DNA of 64,000 nucleotides from Amoebophrya sp. A120 (lineage: Eukaryota > Protista > Dinoflagellata), in the NCBI GenBank assembly GCA_905178155.1, contig CAJINV010000002.1:10396146-10460145 (forward strand). The letters are read 5' to 3'. A program made the position numbers and the translations under genes. Position 1 is the first letter of the stretch; each line of letters begins with the position of its first letter. The notes under the pieces were generated by a model. It did not search any database. It was not told the origin of the DNA and saw nothing but the letters and a program-made list of their open reading frames with translations. Below, in pieces: positions 32,816-44,524 of the stretch.

Positions 32816-35800
32816 CTAGCGAAAGGCGACCGCGCCCCGTTTCTTCTTTTGCGTTGGACTTCGACTGCGTGAGGGGCTCTGATGCAACCGGCTGTAAATG
32901 TTGCTGTTGCCGTAGTTGTTGTTCAGTGTGGCGCTTTCCTCGCTGCCCCGCCGCGCGATGATGCGTGCGGGTGAAACCGATTGCTGACGACTGCTGGAGC
33001 CAACCGCATTATAGCTGTTCAGCATCGCGATGCGCCGCTTCAACGACGTCGACGGCTTCTTGATCTGTCCTCTCGATGTGCTGGAACCGCCCGACACAAG
33101 CGAGAGGCCGGACGCACCGCTTTCGAGCATCGAGCGCGACGGCGGTTCGAACACATACGCGTTGCCAAACTCATCGCGAACGCGCGGATGCTCGTGAAGT
33201 TCTTCGTTCTGGTGCGCTCCAGCTGCGCCCGCATCGGTCGGACTTTTCCAATACAGCAAGCGATTGCCCTGTTGCGTCGGGGGGTTCGGAATCGAAGAAA
33301 CTTGGTCTTGTGCAAATGAGGACGGTGTTGACACGAACCGACCTTCAGCACTGGAGCCGGTTGCGTCAGCTCCTCTATGCGGTAGAAGGTCAGCGCGGTG
33401 CGGGAACGGTAAGTTCAGGTTTCGCTGCTGCGCCACTGGCTGCTGTTGCGTTGCTGTAGTGGACGCGTGAGCTTGCTGCTGTACTCCACCGACAGCTGGC
33501 GACTGCTGTATCACCAACGACGGTTGATAAGAGCCTGTTCGCACGACGGGATTCGGTTGCGAAGCGAGCAACGCAGCGTTGTATCGCGCGACGTCAAGCG
33601 GGGTCTGCAGGATTGGAACCCCAGCGGCATTGTAGACAATGCTCGGGTGCTGCTGGTGCTGGTGCGGCAGCGTCGTGTACAGTTGCTCCGGGGCGACGGC
33701 ACCGTGCAGTGCCGTCTGGACTTTTGATCCGACTTTCTGTGTTGGCGGGGGCCTGCGCTTCAATGGCGAAGATGCGGTGCGGCTGACGCTGCGCGAAGTT
33801 GAGCCCAAGCCGCCCCCACGACTTGCAGTGCTGGTTGCTCGCGAAGACCTTGTGGCGGAGTTGTTTCGTCTTGCTGAGGTTGGAGCTGCGACTGAGCGCT
33901 TCGATTTATTCGCTGCACTTGCGGCAGCGGTCCGGGGTGTTCGCTTCTTCGACGCTTTTGCGCTGCTCTTCCGACTAGATGTTGAGGGTTGGGGCGCGGC
34001 TTGCTCCCCGGGATTGTAGAGGGCACGCAAGTAATCCTCGTAGGTGCGCGACTGGATCTGCTGCATCTGTACCCTCGGATCCAAAACTGGCGTGGACGAC
34101 GTTACCGGGGGAGGCACCACGCGGGCCTGGACCCATTGACCGCTGTTTGGGTCTTGGAACACCACTACTTCTTGGGAAGCCATTTGCGGCCCTGCTGCTC
34201 CTGCAGCAGTAGTACTGAAACCTGCTTGAGTTGGTGGCACGACCGACGCTGTGGCAGAGACAACACGCGATGGCGGCACAAAAGACGATGTAGCTTGTGG
34301 CAACGCTACGTGCGGCTGTTGCTGGTTGTACAAATGCGCAGCAGCGGAAGCTCCCGCACTAGAAGAAGTCGCATGCTGCAGCTCGTCCTGGAATATTATC
34401 GGCTGTACTTGATGCGGACCGTCAATTTGATGGCCATCGTCCGTTGACACGATCACGTGGCCAGCGGCCGCAAACGCCGAGGGTGTGGCGTCAAACGTCT
34501 GACTGTCTTCGGCGCGACTGCGCTCGGCGATGGCGTCCTCTTCGATCTTTTTAACTCTTTCCTCCTGCGCCTCCATCATTGTACGGTGCAAGTCTTTCTC
34601 CCGCTCCGAAGCTTCCAACAACCGCTGCAGGTCCAGGTCAGCCAAGCGACGGCGCTCCTGCTCTTCCTTGAGCAAATTCTGCATCTCGACCAACTCCTTT
34701 TCCAACCGCGTGTTGTCGTGCTTGTAGATGTCCTTCTGTTCCTTCGCTATCTGGTTGGTCTCGGCAAACACGTTCTCGTCGATTTTCTTCTGCGACTGCA
34801 GCGTGGAAATCTTTTCGACGCTCTCTTCCCGGAGGGAGTCGATCTGCTTCTGAAACTCGCTCTGCTGCCGGTCAAACTCCTGTTTCAGCTCGGAAAGCGA
34901 GAGCGCTTTTTCGTTTGTGCTGCTCCTCCCCACACCGGCGTTCAGCATCACGAGCGACTCGGATTTCGTCGGCTGCAGTGATTTCAGGATGAACGCGCCG
35001 GTCGCGTCCTCATTGAGCGAGACGCCGTATCGAGGCCTGATGGGGGACAAGTCTTGGGAATCCAGGACGTTCGCGCCAGGATAGGCAGCGACACTCGCGC
35101 CGGTGAGAACTTTTTTCTGCTGTGTCTGTGCGGTGCGATTTTTCGGTTTCAGGTCTTGGTTCTCGTCTAGCAGAAGAACGCTCGGCTCGTTGTCCTCGAT
35201 CACGATCGTTGTCGATGACCGGCCCTTCGCCTGAGGCTCCAAATGCACCGCAAACGGCTCTTCCTCGCTAGCGCTGCCGATGCCCGCCTCCGCAAGCCTC
35301 TTGCGCATTTCCGCGGCCCAAGCCGGGCTTGTGTCCCGTTTGATCTTTACAGCGGGAGAAGATCGGTCGCTCGGCGAGAGATCCTTCTGTTCATCTTCGA
35401 TGCCCATCGGCACCTCTTCGAGCTCCTCTTGCTCAGCATCTTCGTCCACCTGACCTGGATAGTCTTGATTTTCGTCGTCGTCGTTCATGAACAAAAAGTT
35501 CCGTTTTTCCTGCCTTGTTGACGTAGTACTGCCACGTCCGCCTCGATGAATCTTGCCGTGGATGGACCGTGCCGTGATTTTGCGGTTTGATGTCACCAGC
35601 TTCGACGGTGAGGTTTCCGTGCCGGACGACAGTGTCCTTGTCGTGGTATTCAATCGCCGCTCCGCGGAGTTTGTGCGACTGCGCAACTTCTCGTTGTGCT
35701 GCCGGCGCAACTTGTCTAGCGTCCGAGAGGCCTCGAGCAGCGACGCTTTTTGGAACTCGTGCTTTTCCGGACTGGCGGACCGCGAGCGCTGGCCTTTCCT

Positions 35801-38800
35801 TCTGTTTGTCCCATGGGGCTGCTCTTGTTTCTGCTGCTTCGCCAGGGTCTTTTGGTACAGCGCGGAACTGGCGTGAGTGATGCGGAAGGACGGTAGGTTT
35901 TGTACACCCCCTGTGGTTCCAGTTCCAGAGGCGATGGAGTGTTGTTGTTCTGGCTCCTGCTCTGTGGTGTCAAAGACCCTTCGAGCGATTTTTCCTGCTT
36001 GGTTCAACCCAAATTCGGCGGTCAAGCTCTTCGCTTCAACCGGCGACCCCTCCGTGAACACGGGACTCGGCTTGGATATGTTGTTCACTTTATTTCTTGC
36101 ACCAACATCTGCTGGCGGATAGACAGCAGCAGTGCAGGTGTCTACTTGACCTTGCAATCCATTCGACGAGGGAATGAATTTTATCACGCCGGACTTCGTG
36201 ACGTAGGACGTGGACGGTGGCGTCGTTTCCTCCTGGCCCTCTACATCCAATCCGCGAATGGCGTCTTTGATTTCGCTGGGCAGCACGTCCAGGTCCTCCG
36301 CTTTGAGTTCCCGGAACAAAGAGCGAATGCTCTGTCGATCCAGGCTTTTCAGAAACGGCGGCGTGATCATTTCGGAAGAATTTACTCTAGAAACGGACGA
36401 TCCGCCGGATCTACTGAGGCCTTGTCGGAGCTTGCTCGTCGTTACCGGGGGACTCGACATAGGGACCAGCTTCATCTTGCTGGACTGCGGGTCTCCCTGT
36501 GAGGAATGGACTTCTGTTCCGTCGCCAAACATCGGTGTGTCGGTTGTTACCTGCTGCTCGCTGTTGGTCGGCGGGGATTCGGCTTTTTTCTGTGCTGCAG
36601 CTTCTGTCCCATGATCTGCCACCGTTGCGTGATTCTTCGCAGCCTGCGCTGCTTCCTGTTCTCTCTCAGCACGTAGCCTTTCGATTTCTTGCAGTAGTGC
36701 TTGTTTTTCCTGTTCCCGTTGCGCTTCCATTTCCTTCGCCAGCTTCTGCTTTTCCGCTTCCAATTTTGCTCTTACCAGTTCCAGCTCCTGGTCCTTCTCC
36801 TTTTTCACCTTTGCTATTTCACTTTCCGCCTCCTTGCTCCGTTGCTGCGCAATCAGCTCGACATCCTCCTGGTGCGCCTTGGATTGCGATTCCAAGCGGC
36901 TGGTGGTCTCTAGTACGTGAGACTTTGCACTTTGCAACTCTTCCTGCAATACATGGATCTTCTCCTCCGCCTGTTGCGCCTCGTCGCGCCGCTGTTGCAT
37001 TTGCTTCGCCAAGTCCTCTTCCAGTCCACTCTTCTCCCGTGTGACGCCAGAGTAGCTGCAAGTAGAAAAGTGTTTTGAGGTTGTACGAAACAGGAACAAT
37101 GCCTGGAAGTAGAAGTAGAAGCAGAAAAAAGATGATATGATCGTCAACGTCAGCTTCAACGACGTGGGCAGAAATACTAACTCGTACTCCGTAGAGCTTA
37201 GTAAAACTAAAATCAGAATCATAATTTATACTTGGACTCAATTTCCTGCATGGCTTCTTTGTACATCGCTTCCAGATTTTTCAATTCTTCCAGGTACTGC
37301 TGCTTCAATGCTTCTTGCTCCATTTTCGTTTTTTCCTTTTCCTTGTCCTTTTCTGCCCTTTCCTGGGCCAGGAGTTCTGCCTGCCGGTTCTCCATGCTCT
37401 CTAGCAATGCCTGCTTCTCCGCGTTCACTTCGTTCAACAAATTCTGCTCCACGCTGTTCCGTTCGGCTTGCACCCGCGCCTGCCACTCCAGCTCCATATT
37501 CGCGACGGTTTTCTTGAACATTTCCTCCTGGTCCTTCAGGATCCGCTCCGTCTCTCTCTGTTGGCACTCAGCAATTTGGAGTCGCGCTTCGCAAACCTTC
37601 TTCACCTTCTCAGCACTGTCGCGTTCCTTTTCCAGGGCGTGCATCTTGTCCAGCAGCTGGGCGCGCTCGGTTTCCTGTGTACAGTCGGTACTAGATATGG
37701 CATCTCTACGCTGTTTGAGTTGTCTTTGTGTTGTAGTCGCACGACTCTTCTAGTAGTAAAACTTTTTCTGCAATAAATCTAAAATCAGAAAGCCAAAACG
37801 AGTATGCTTATTTACCATGAACTTCTCCGCTGCCTCCTTCTCTGCCACCAATTTCCTTTGCAAGGCTTCTACAGCCTGCTGCTCCCTGGCACGCGCTTCC
37901 GAAATCTCGTTGCGCTCACTGTCGACGGCGGCAAGTTTCTGTTCGAGTGCCAAAATTTCCGTCGTTTTCTCCCTGTCCACGTCTAAAGTTCGTTGCTGTA
38001 ACTTCACCGATTCCACGGCGGCCTGCAGAGAAATGTAAAAAAGCTTTAGTGTACTTTACTTATCTTTACTGTCATCAGATCAACAAGATCTACCTCTGCG
38101 TTCTTAGAGAAGGTTGGTCTGAAAGCGTAATAATCCAAGATATTCGCGGTCATCAAGTTTTGGGCATCATCTAGTATGATGTACCTGTTCCTTCATCCTC
38201 GCCAGTTCGGCTGTCATTTCGTCGAGTTTTTGTTCTAAAGCTGTCTTTTCGCTTTGCAAGCGCACGACAACGTGATTGTTTATGTTCCTGGCAGCTTCGC
38301 TTTGCAGCCGCTCTTCCTCTGTGATGACATGTATCTTCGGTGGAATGACTGGGTTGCAGCTCTGGTGGCTGGTCGTTCCCCCAAACGTGACTTCCATTTC
38401 GTTCTCCACATCCACGCGAAACTCTAGCGAATTACTCGCCTCCGGAACTGCTCGATCCTCCTTCGCCTCTCGCTCCACGGGAGTGGACAGGCTACCGTAC
38501 GGTCCGGACGTGCTCATAGCGCTTCCTGGTGGCCCAGCAGCTACACCTGAGTTACCTGCGTGTTCTTCGGGTTGTTCGCTCAACACAACTATTTGATTGC
38601 TTTTTTCCGCTGCTTCAACTGTCGCACCTCCGTCAACACTTTGGTGTTCCCGGGGTGGCGGTTTGGTGCTGTTCTGCAGATGTTTGACCCAACTCGAAGT
38701 CAAGTGCAGCACTCTGCCGAGAAAGATCCGGACGAACTGCAACGCCGCAGAGTTGCTATGCAGCACGAGTTCGCCGCCCGGGTCGGCCTCGCGAAACAGC

Positions 38801-39250
38801 TGGTACCACAGTACGTCGGGGCAGTCAGTCGGTTCGGGGAATCCGCACATCGCCATCGCGTCGTGGATAAACCGAATCGCCTTCTCGCCCCACGGGATGG
38901 AAACCAGGTCAGGGGAACTCAGCTCGTCCAAGTTTATCAGTACCTGGTCCACCGCCCGGGCCAACTGCTCCCGATCCGCTCGCACGGACTTCAGTGCGTC
39001 AATGACGTCCTTGGACGTCGTGTAGACCATGTACCAGGTAGTCACCTGCTTGTTGTTCGCCACCGGGGGTGGCGTCGTGCCGCTAGAGGGAAGCATCAAA
39101 ACAGGCGGTTGCGAGCTCAGGACCGCGGTTGGCATTCCCGGCAAATACACCGTGCGACTGATAGCGATTTCCGGTGCCACTTTGCTGCTGAGCAGCCACA
39201 GGTTGCGCAGGAAGAAATACAGGAATTGCACGGCTGTCGTTTCCACTGAA
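32816..39250 (-). CDS. Large multi-exon coiled-coil / low-complexity protein (5' end uncertain)
   Basis: ORFs 38167-39471, 37750-38016, 37219-37644 and 32816-37222 join in frame through GT-AG introns 38023-38184, (37675 or 37750)-37815 and 37056-37231; E/Q/K-rich heptad segments. Confidence 0.7.
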
Positions 39251-39339
39251 GTAACCACGCCGGCTGTCGTCGTAGCCGGATGGTGGCGCGTGGCTGTTGT
39301 AAAAGTGTTGTCATCACATTTGAGTTTTTGCGTAGCAAA

Positions 39340-40490
39340 AAGGTGGCTTTTGCTTTGATTAGCATCCGCGAGCCCACACAACAGTCTTGATTTTCGTCCC
39401 CCTAAATTGCGCAAGAAAAATCGCAAGCCAAAAAGCCTTGCGCGACCTAATTCTCGTGCGCAAAAACACACGCCGGGAATTGGCGCAGGCTCTTTTTGCT
39501 TTGATTAGCATCCGCGAGTCCCCACAACAGTCTTGATTTTTTTTCGTGCCCCTGAATTGCGCAAGAAAAGTCGCAAGCCAAAAACCCTTGCTCGACCTAA
39601 TTCTCGTGCGGAAGAACACACGCCGGGAATTGGCGCAGGTTGGTTTTGCTTTGATTGGCATCCTCGAGCCCCCCCAACAGTCTTGATTTTCGCCCCCCGA
39701 AATTGCGCTAGAAAAGTCGCAAGCCAAAAACCCTTGCTCGACCTAATTCTCGTGCGGAAGAACACACGCCGGGAATTGGCGCAGGTTGGTTTTGCTTTGA
39801 TTAGCATCCTCGAGCCCCCCCAACAGTCTTGATTTTCGCCCCCCGAAATTGCGCAAGGAAAATCACAAGCCCGGATGCCTTACGCGAGCTAATTCTTGCG
39901 CGGAAGAACACGCGCCGGAAATTGGCGCAGGTTGGTTTTGCTGTGATTAGCATCCTCGAGCCCCCCCAACAGTCTTGATTTTCGCCCCCCGGAATTGCGC
40001 AAGGAAAATCGCAAGCCCAAATGCCTTGCGCGAGCTAATTCTTGAGCGGAAGAACACGCGCCGGAAATTGGCGCAGGTTGGTTTTGCTTTGATTAGCATC
40101 CCCGAGCCCCCCCAACAGTCTTGATTTTCGCCCCCCGAAATTGCGCAAGGAAAATCGCAAGCCTAAATGCTTTGCGCGAGCTAATTCTCGCGCGGAAAAA
40201 CACACGCCGGGGATTGGCGCAGGTGGTTCATGCTTTGATTTATTAGCATCCCCGAGCCCCCACATTGTGGGGGCTCGGGGATGTGGCAAGACTCTTGTGG
40301 CAAGAGTCTTGATTTTCGCCCCCCTAAATTGCGCAAGAAAAATCGCAAGCCCAAACGCCTTGCGCGACCGAGTTCTCGCGCGGAAGAACACACGCCGGGA
40401 ATTGGCGCAGGTGGTTCATGCTTTGATTAGCATCTCCGACTCCCAGCAACAATCTTGATTTTCGCCCCCCCGAATTGCGCAAAAAAGATC
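39340..40490. repeat. Satellite array, 146-bp monomer, ~7.5 copies
   Basis: TTGATTAGCATCC anchor at 39355, 39501, 39651, 39797, 39943, 40089, 40235 and 40423 (period 146; one unit of 150, one of 188 with a palindromic insert). Confidence 0.95.
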
Positions 40491-40624
40491 GAGTTTCTCT
40501 TGTATCGATTAGCATCTACATCTAGAAGGCCCGCCTAGTATAATGTTGGTTGATGTTGTTAGCCGCAATACCTTTGCACACGTTGTAGAGCTTACCGCTT
40601 GCGCGTTTCTAACTTCGCAAGTCA

Positions 40625-43600
40625 TCATACATGAAGATGAAAGCAAGATTTTCTACCTCTCTCCAACTCGTTCCAGTTTTCCAGCTGCTCTCGCATCACG
40701 GGCGACAAGCGCCGCAGGCGGCGATACGCTTTATCCTCCATGTAGGGCGATGGCATACGGGGGCTCAGGGGGCTGGAGTCGCACTTCGCGAGCAGCGACC
40801 GCACGAGAAATCTCTCGAACTCGCGACACACGGCCAACCACACCGCGCGCGACATCTGCGGCGTCGGGGTTCGGAGAATCTGGTGGAAAACCAAAATGAT
40901 GTACTCCGTCAGCGATGCCCAGGAGTTTTTCTTCGCCTCGATCGGGGAACCGGACGACTTTGTCTGCGAGTTTGGCGATTTTTTTGTCGCATCCACCACT
41001 CTTGGGGAGGTTGTTGCGGTGTTAGCGTCGGTCCGTTGCACCGCTTCGCGATTCAGTCGCATCAGGTCATCTGGAAGCGAATTTAGCTTCCGCACCTGCG
41101 TCGTCGTGCGGTTCTCGGTAACGGTAAACGGCACGACTTCGCCCGCGTACTGCGATGGCGCGAGCAGACGGGAGGAATTTCCGTTTTTGTTCAAATAACT
41201 CTGAAGCGGCGCCGTACGCGTCATGGTGAAGGCTTCCACCGTGCGCGCAAAATCCTTTTCGAGTTGCGTCAGCACGTCTTCCAGGCGGGCCAGCTGCTTG
41301 GAGTCCGTGAACGACTCCCAGTAACGAACCATGGCAGTCGCATGGTCCGGGAAAAGAGGCGCGGTCGTTCGCCACGCACGACCGTCGAACCACATATCGA
41401 CGAGCGAAGCAGACGCAAAGTCCCCGAGTTTGTTTTCCAGCTCAACAGATGCCTCTGCACTACTGTCGAGGCCCTGCTGCACTGCCTCGTGAGCGTCTTG
41501 TGCGGGCTCGGTTTCTCCTGAAAAAACAGCGCGCGTAGCAGCGTGTTCCTCCGGACTTGCGAGCATCACCAATGGCTCGACGTCCACTTCGGCGCTCAGG
41601 AAAGCCCGACCGCTCGAGGGCGCGGAATGGATGCTGCTGAGCATCTTGGAAGACGAGACGGTGGCGGAAGGGCCGCCGATGCCAATGTGCCCCGCTTCCA
41701 CGGAGGACTTGCTGATACTCAGAGAGAAAGACGCCTCGCTCTGCTTTGACCCATCCGCAGAAGAGGAGGCACTGCGGTTCAAAACGTCTTCGGCCCGCCC
41801 GGCGTCAAGAGCCTCATCTGCTTGAGGTCCTCGATTCAGCACCTCATTGGTTGCGCCTGTTGTTCCTTCGACAGAGATCTGATCAGACGCGGGCAGATAC
41901 GACACAGACACCGTCTCCACCTCGGGCGCCACCTCGTGTGTCACCAAGTGGTCACTTTCGATTTCCTTGGGCGAGTCCGCACCTGGGACCTCCACCTGCA
42001 CCAAGTCTGGCGACCGCCGCGGCACGCTCTCGGGCCGTGGTGGTCGGCCCAGCGCGGGGGTGGGGAACCGACTGGTATTGGGGCTCTGCGAGGTCATCGC
42101 ATTCCGTGCCGTCTGCGAAAGCAGACTGACGCTCTCCAGAACCGTCGGGTCCGTCGGCGAGGGCGCAACCTTGATCTCCTCCTGTTTTATCACTGCGTTG
42201 CTCGGGTTCCGCACGATGATGCGTGTGGGAGCGGATACCGAGGGTGCACTCTTGGGTTTAGCCACTGCCGGTTGCGTTTTCTGCATCGTTGTACCGGTTG
42301 AATTCTGTACCTCTACTTTCCGACTGTGCTTGCCGTCGCTTACATAAGCGTACTTCAGTTCTGGCACTGCGGAGGGCGTGCGACTCAGGCCCGCGCCAAG
42401 AATCTCCGTTTTGATTGTTGTTCCAGGCTGGCTGGGCTTCGTGCTGCCTACTTGAGCGGGTAGCTTAGAGACTACCCGCTGGCTCCCGCCACCTCTAGGT
42501 GCGGAAACAGACCGCAAAGGCAGCGTATCCCAGGTGCGGTTTGGAAGATCGGTCGATAACGGCTTCGGGCCCGCAATCACTCCGAAGGGAACGCGCATCG
42601 CGGATGGTGCTTTGACGGCACTCGACGGTGCAGGAACTTGAACCGATGTTGACCCACCGCCTCGCGGAGAGGGCGCAACTACCGAAGCCGGTGACTTCTG
42701 CTTCGCGACTGAGGTTGTTGTTTGAGCCGGTTTGTGGCTGGACGTCGCGGCCGGTATTTGGATCGTCGGCGTGGGAATATTGCCAAAATCTGTTTTCAAA
42801 TTCAACGCCGTGCCCGGAATCATCGCAGGCACGGACGAAGACGTTTGCAGAATGGTTTTCGGGACCGTGGGCGTGTAGTAAGTCAGCTTCGTGTTCACCT
42901 GGGGCGTCGATAGGACCTTCCCACCACCCGGCACCTGCAAAAATTGCTTCGGTGGCGGGTTGATCGTACCATTCGTCGTTGAAGTTGAATTCGGAGCAGG
43001 CTTTTTTTCAGGCTCCTTCTTATTTGCACTACCCCCAGCAGCTGTAGTAGATTTCTTTCCGGAAGAAGGCGCCTCTGGCAGCGTGGTCGTGCTGTGTCTT
43101 GGCGTTGGATGCTGCACGAGCGTCGGCGTGCCGCCTGTCACACTGGGCGACCGCGCGGCAGAGACCGAACGTGAGACAGCGGGACTGACACTTGTAAACT
43201 TTCCCATCGTGCTGGGGTCGAATCGGAGGAGACGAGGTGTCGTGGACCGACTTGCCGCGTGAATCGGCGGCCCTGTCGTGAGCAGGCTTCGTGGCATGGG
43301 TGAGCTCCCGCGATCCAAAACCTTGTTCTGCGACCCTGGTGCGACAGTCGCACTACCACTGACTGCAGTCGTGGGACGAGGTCCAGTCGTGACAACGCGC
43401 GTTGAAGTCACGATCCTGCTGCTGCTGCTAGTCGCGCCACCTTGCAAGTTGATTTTGCCGCTTCCAGCTGGCTGCGTATTGAACAAAATCGGGGCTGGGA
43501 CCCGTGTTGCGGGAAGCGAAAACCGACGTGCTTGCTGCGAGAGAGTCGTAGAAGAGGTGGATCCTGTGCTGGGCTGAGAAACGCCCTTTGCACCACCTCC

Positions 43601-43630
43601 CGTTTGACTTGCTTGCCTGGTCGAGGACAT
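40625..43630 (-). CDS. Hypothetical Ser/Thr/Pro-rich protein (1001-aa ORF; possibly first exon of the gene continuing at ~39250)
   Basis: 3-kb ORF with a disordered N-terminus and helical C-terminal region; candidate donor GAG|GTAGA at 40656. Confidence 0.7.
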   Translation of the reverse strand: MSSTRQASQTGGGAKGVSQPSTGSTSSTTLSQQARRFSLPATRVPAPILFNTQPAGSGKINLQGGATSSSSRIVTSTRVVTTGPRPTTAVSGSATVAPGSQNKVLDRGSSPMPRSLLTTGPPIHAASRSTTPRLLRFDPSTMGKFTSVSPAVSRSVSAARSPSVTGGTPTLVQHPTPRHSTTTLPEAPSSGKKSTTAAGGSANKKEPEKKPAPNSTSTTNGTINPPPKQFLQVPGGGKVLSTPQVNTKLTYYTPTVPKTILQTSSSVPAMIPGTALNLKTDFGNIPTPTIQIPAATSSHKPAQTTTSVAKQKSPASVVAPSPRGGGSTSVQVPAPSSAVKAPSAMRVPFGVIAGPKPLSTDLPNRTWDTLPLRSVSAPRGGGSQRVVSKLPAQVGSTKPSQPGTTIKTEILGAGLSRTPSAVPELKYAYVSDGKHSRKVEVQNSTGTTMQKTQPAVAKPKSAPSVSAPTRIIVRNPSNAVIKQEEIKVAPSPTDPTVLESVSLLSQTARNAMTSQSPNTSRFPTPALGRPPRPESVPRRSPDLVQVEVPGADSPKEIESDHLVTHEVAPEVETVSVSYLPASDQISVEGTTGATNEVLNRGPQADEALDAGRAEDVLNRSASSSADGSKQSEASFSLSISKSSVEAGHIGIGGPSATVSSSKMLSSIHSAPSSGRAFLSAEVDVEPLVMLASPEEHAATRAVFSGETEPAQDAHEAVQQGLDSSAEASVELENKLGDFASASLVDMWFDGRAWRTTAPLFPDHATAMVRYWESFTDSKQLARLEDVLTQLEKDFARTVEAFTMTRTAPLQSYLNKNGNSSRLLAPSQYAGEVVPFTVTENRTTTQVRKLNSLPDDLMRLNREAVQRTDANTATTSPRVVDATKKSPNSQTKSSGSPIEAKKNSWASLTEYIILVFHQILRTPTPQMSRAVWLAVCREFERFLVRSLLAKCDSSPLSPRMPSPYMEDKAYRRLRRLSPVMREQLENWNELERGRKSCFHLHV

Positions 43631-44524
43631 CTTCGCGTGGCGGTGTCTTTGCCTAGAGCTAGAACTGTTTCTGGATCTTGATGTTGAAAACTCTTCGTCG
43701 TCTCTGAGTTGGATTTATCATCCGTGTAGTACACGTACGAGCATGCTACTAATGCCGGTAATGCGTTTCGGTCGTTTATTTGCATGCGAATGCGCGATTT
43801 GCGATTTTCGGGCACGATCACCTGAAACGAGTCGACACACGACATGGCCGGATCTCTCTCCACCATGCCGAACTACTAACCTCATACACTCGTCAACATG
43901 CGACAAACGAAGTGCGAAGCGGTGCATTATCTCCTGCCACCAGCGAACTACGAAGCGATGTCGATTGGGATTGGAATGAAATGCGAAAAAAAAACTACCA
44001 CGAAGCAACCGGAGCGAAGGTGGGTCAGCAGGAGCAGCGCCTTGGATCTATTACAAGCCAAGTGTCACCAGCACGCGGTGAAGTGGTGCGCAAAAGCCAA
44101 GGGAGAGATCTGTGCCCGTCGCCAAGAGCCAGCAATTTTGGTACAGTGTCAAAGAAGTTGGTGCATTTGTTCGTCTCAAAAGCCACAATGAATGATTCAA
44201 GTAGAACGACATCATCATCGGCAATCATGTGTTATGTGATCAAAACACAAACAACATTACATCAGAAACAGAATAGTAGTTCGAGAAATAGCCTCAAAAG
44301 TTGTGATCGGACTGACTTAAGCGTCGTTATCTCCCCCAGGTGGACGACCACGCGACCAGGTGAAGTCAACGCTTGCGTCGTAGCGCTGAAGCTGACTCAG
44401 CACCAGCTCATCAGATTTGCTGCTTTTATTTAGGTAGTTTTAGTACCAAAGCAGGGAAGCTAGAAAGAGCAGCGGAAAATGTAAAATAAATGTCACTTCG
44501 ACTTCTGTATTAGTATCTATTTAC

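Noticed and set aside
39250-39471. 5' part of the 434-aa ORF
   Set aside because: It reads into the 146-bp satellite and probable intron; not credible coding sequence.
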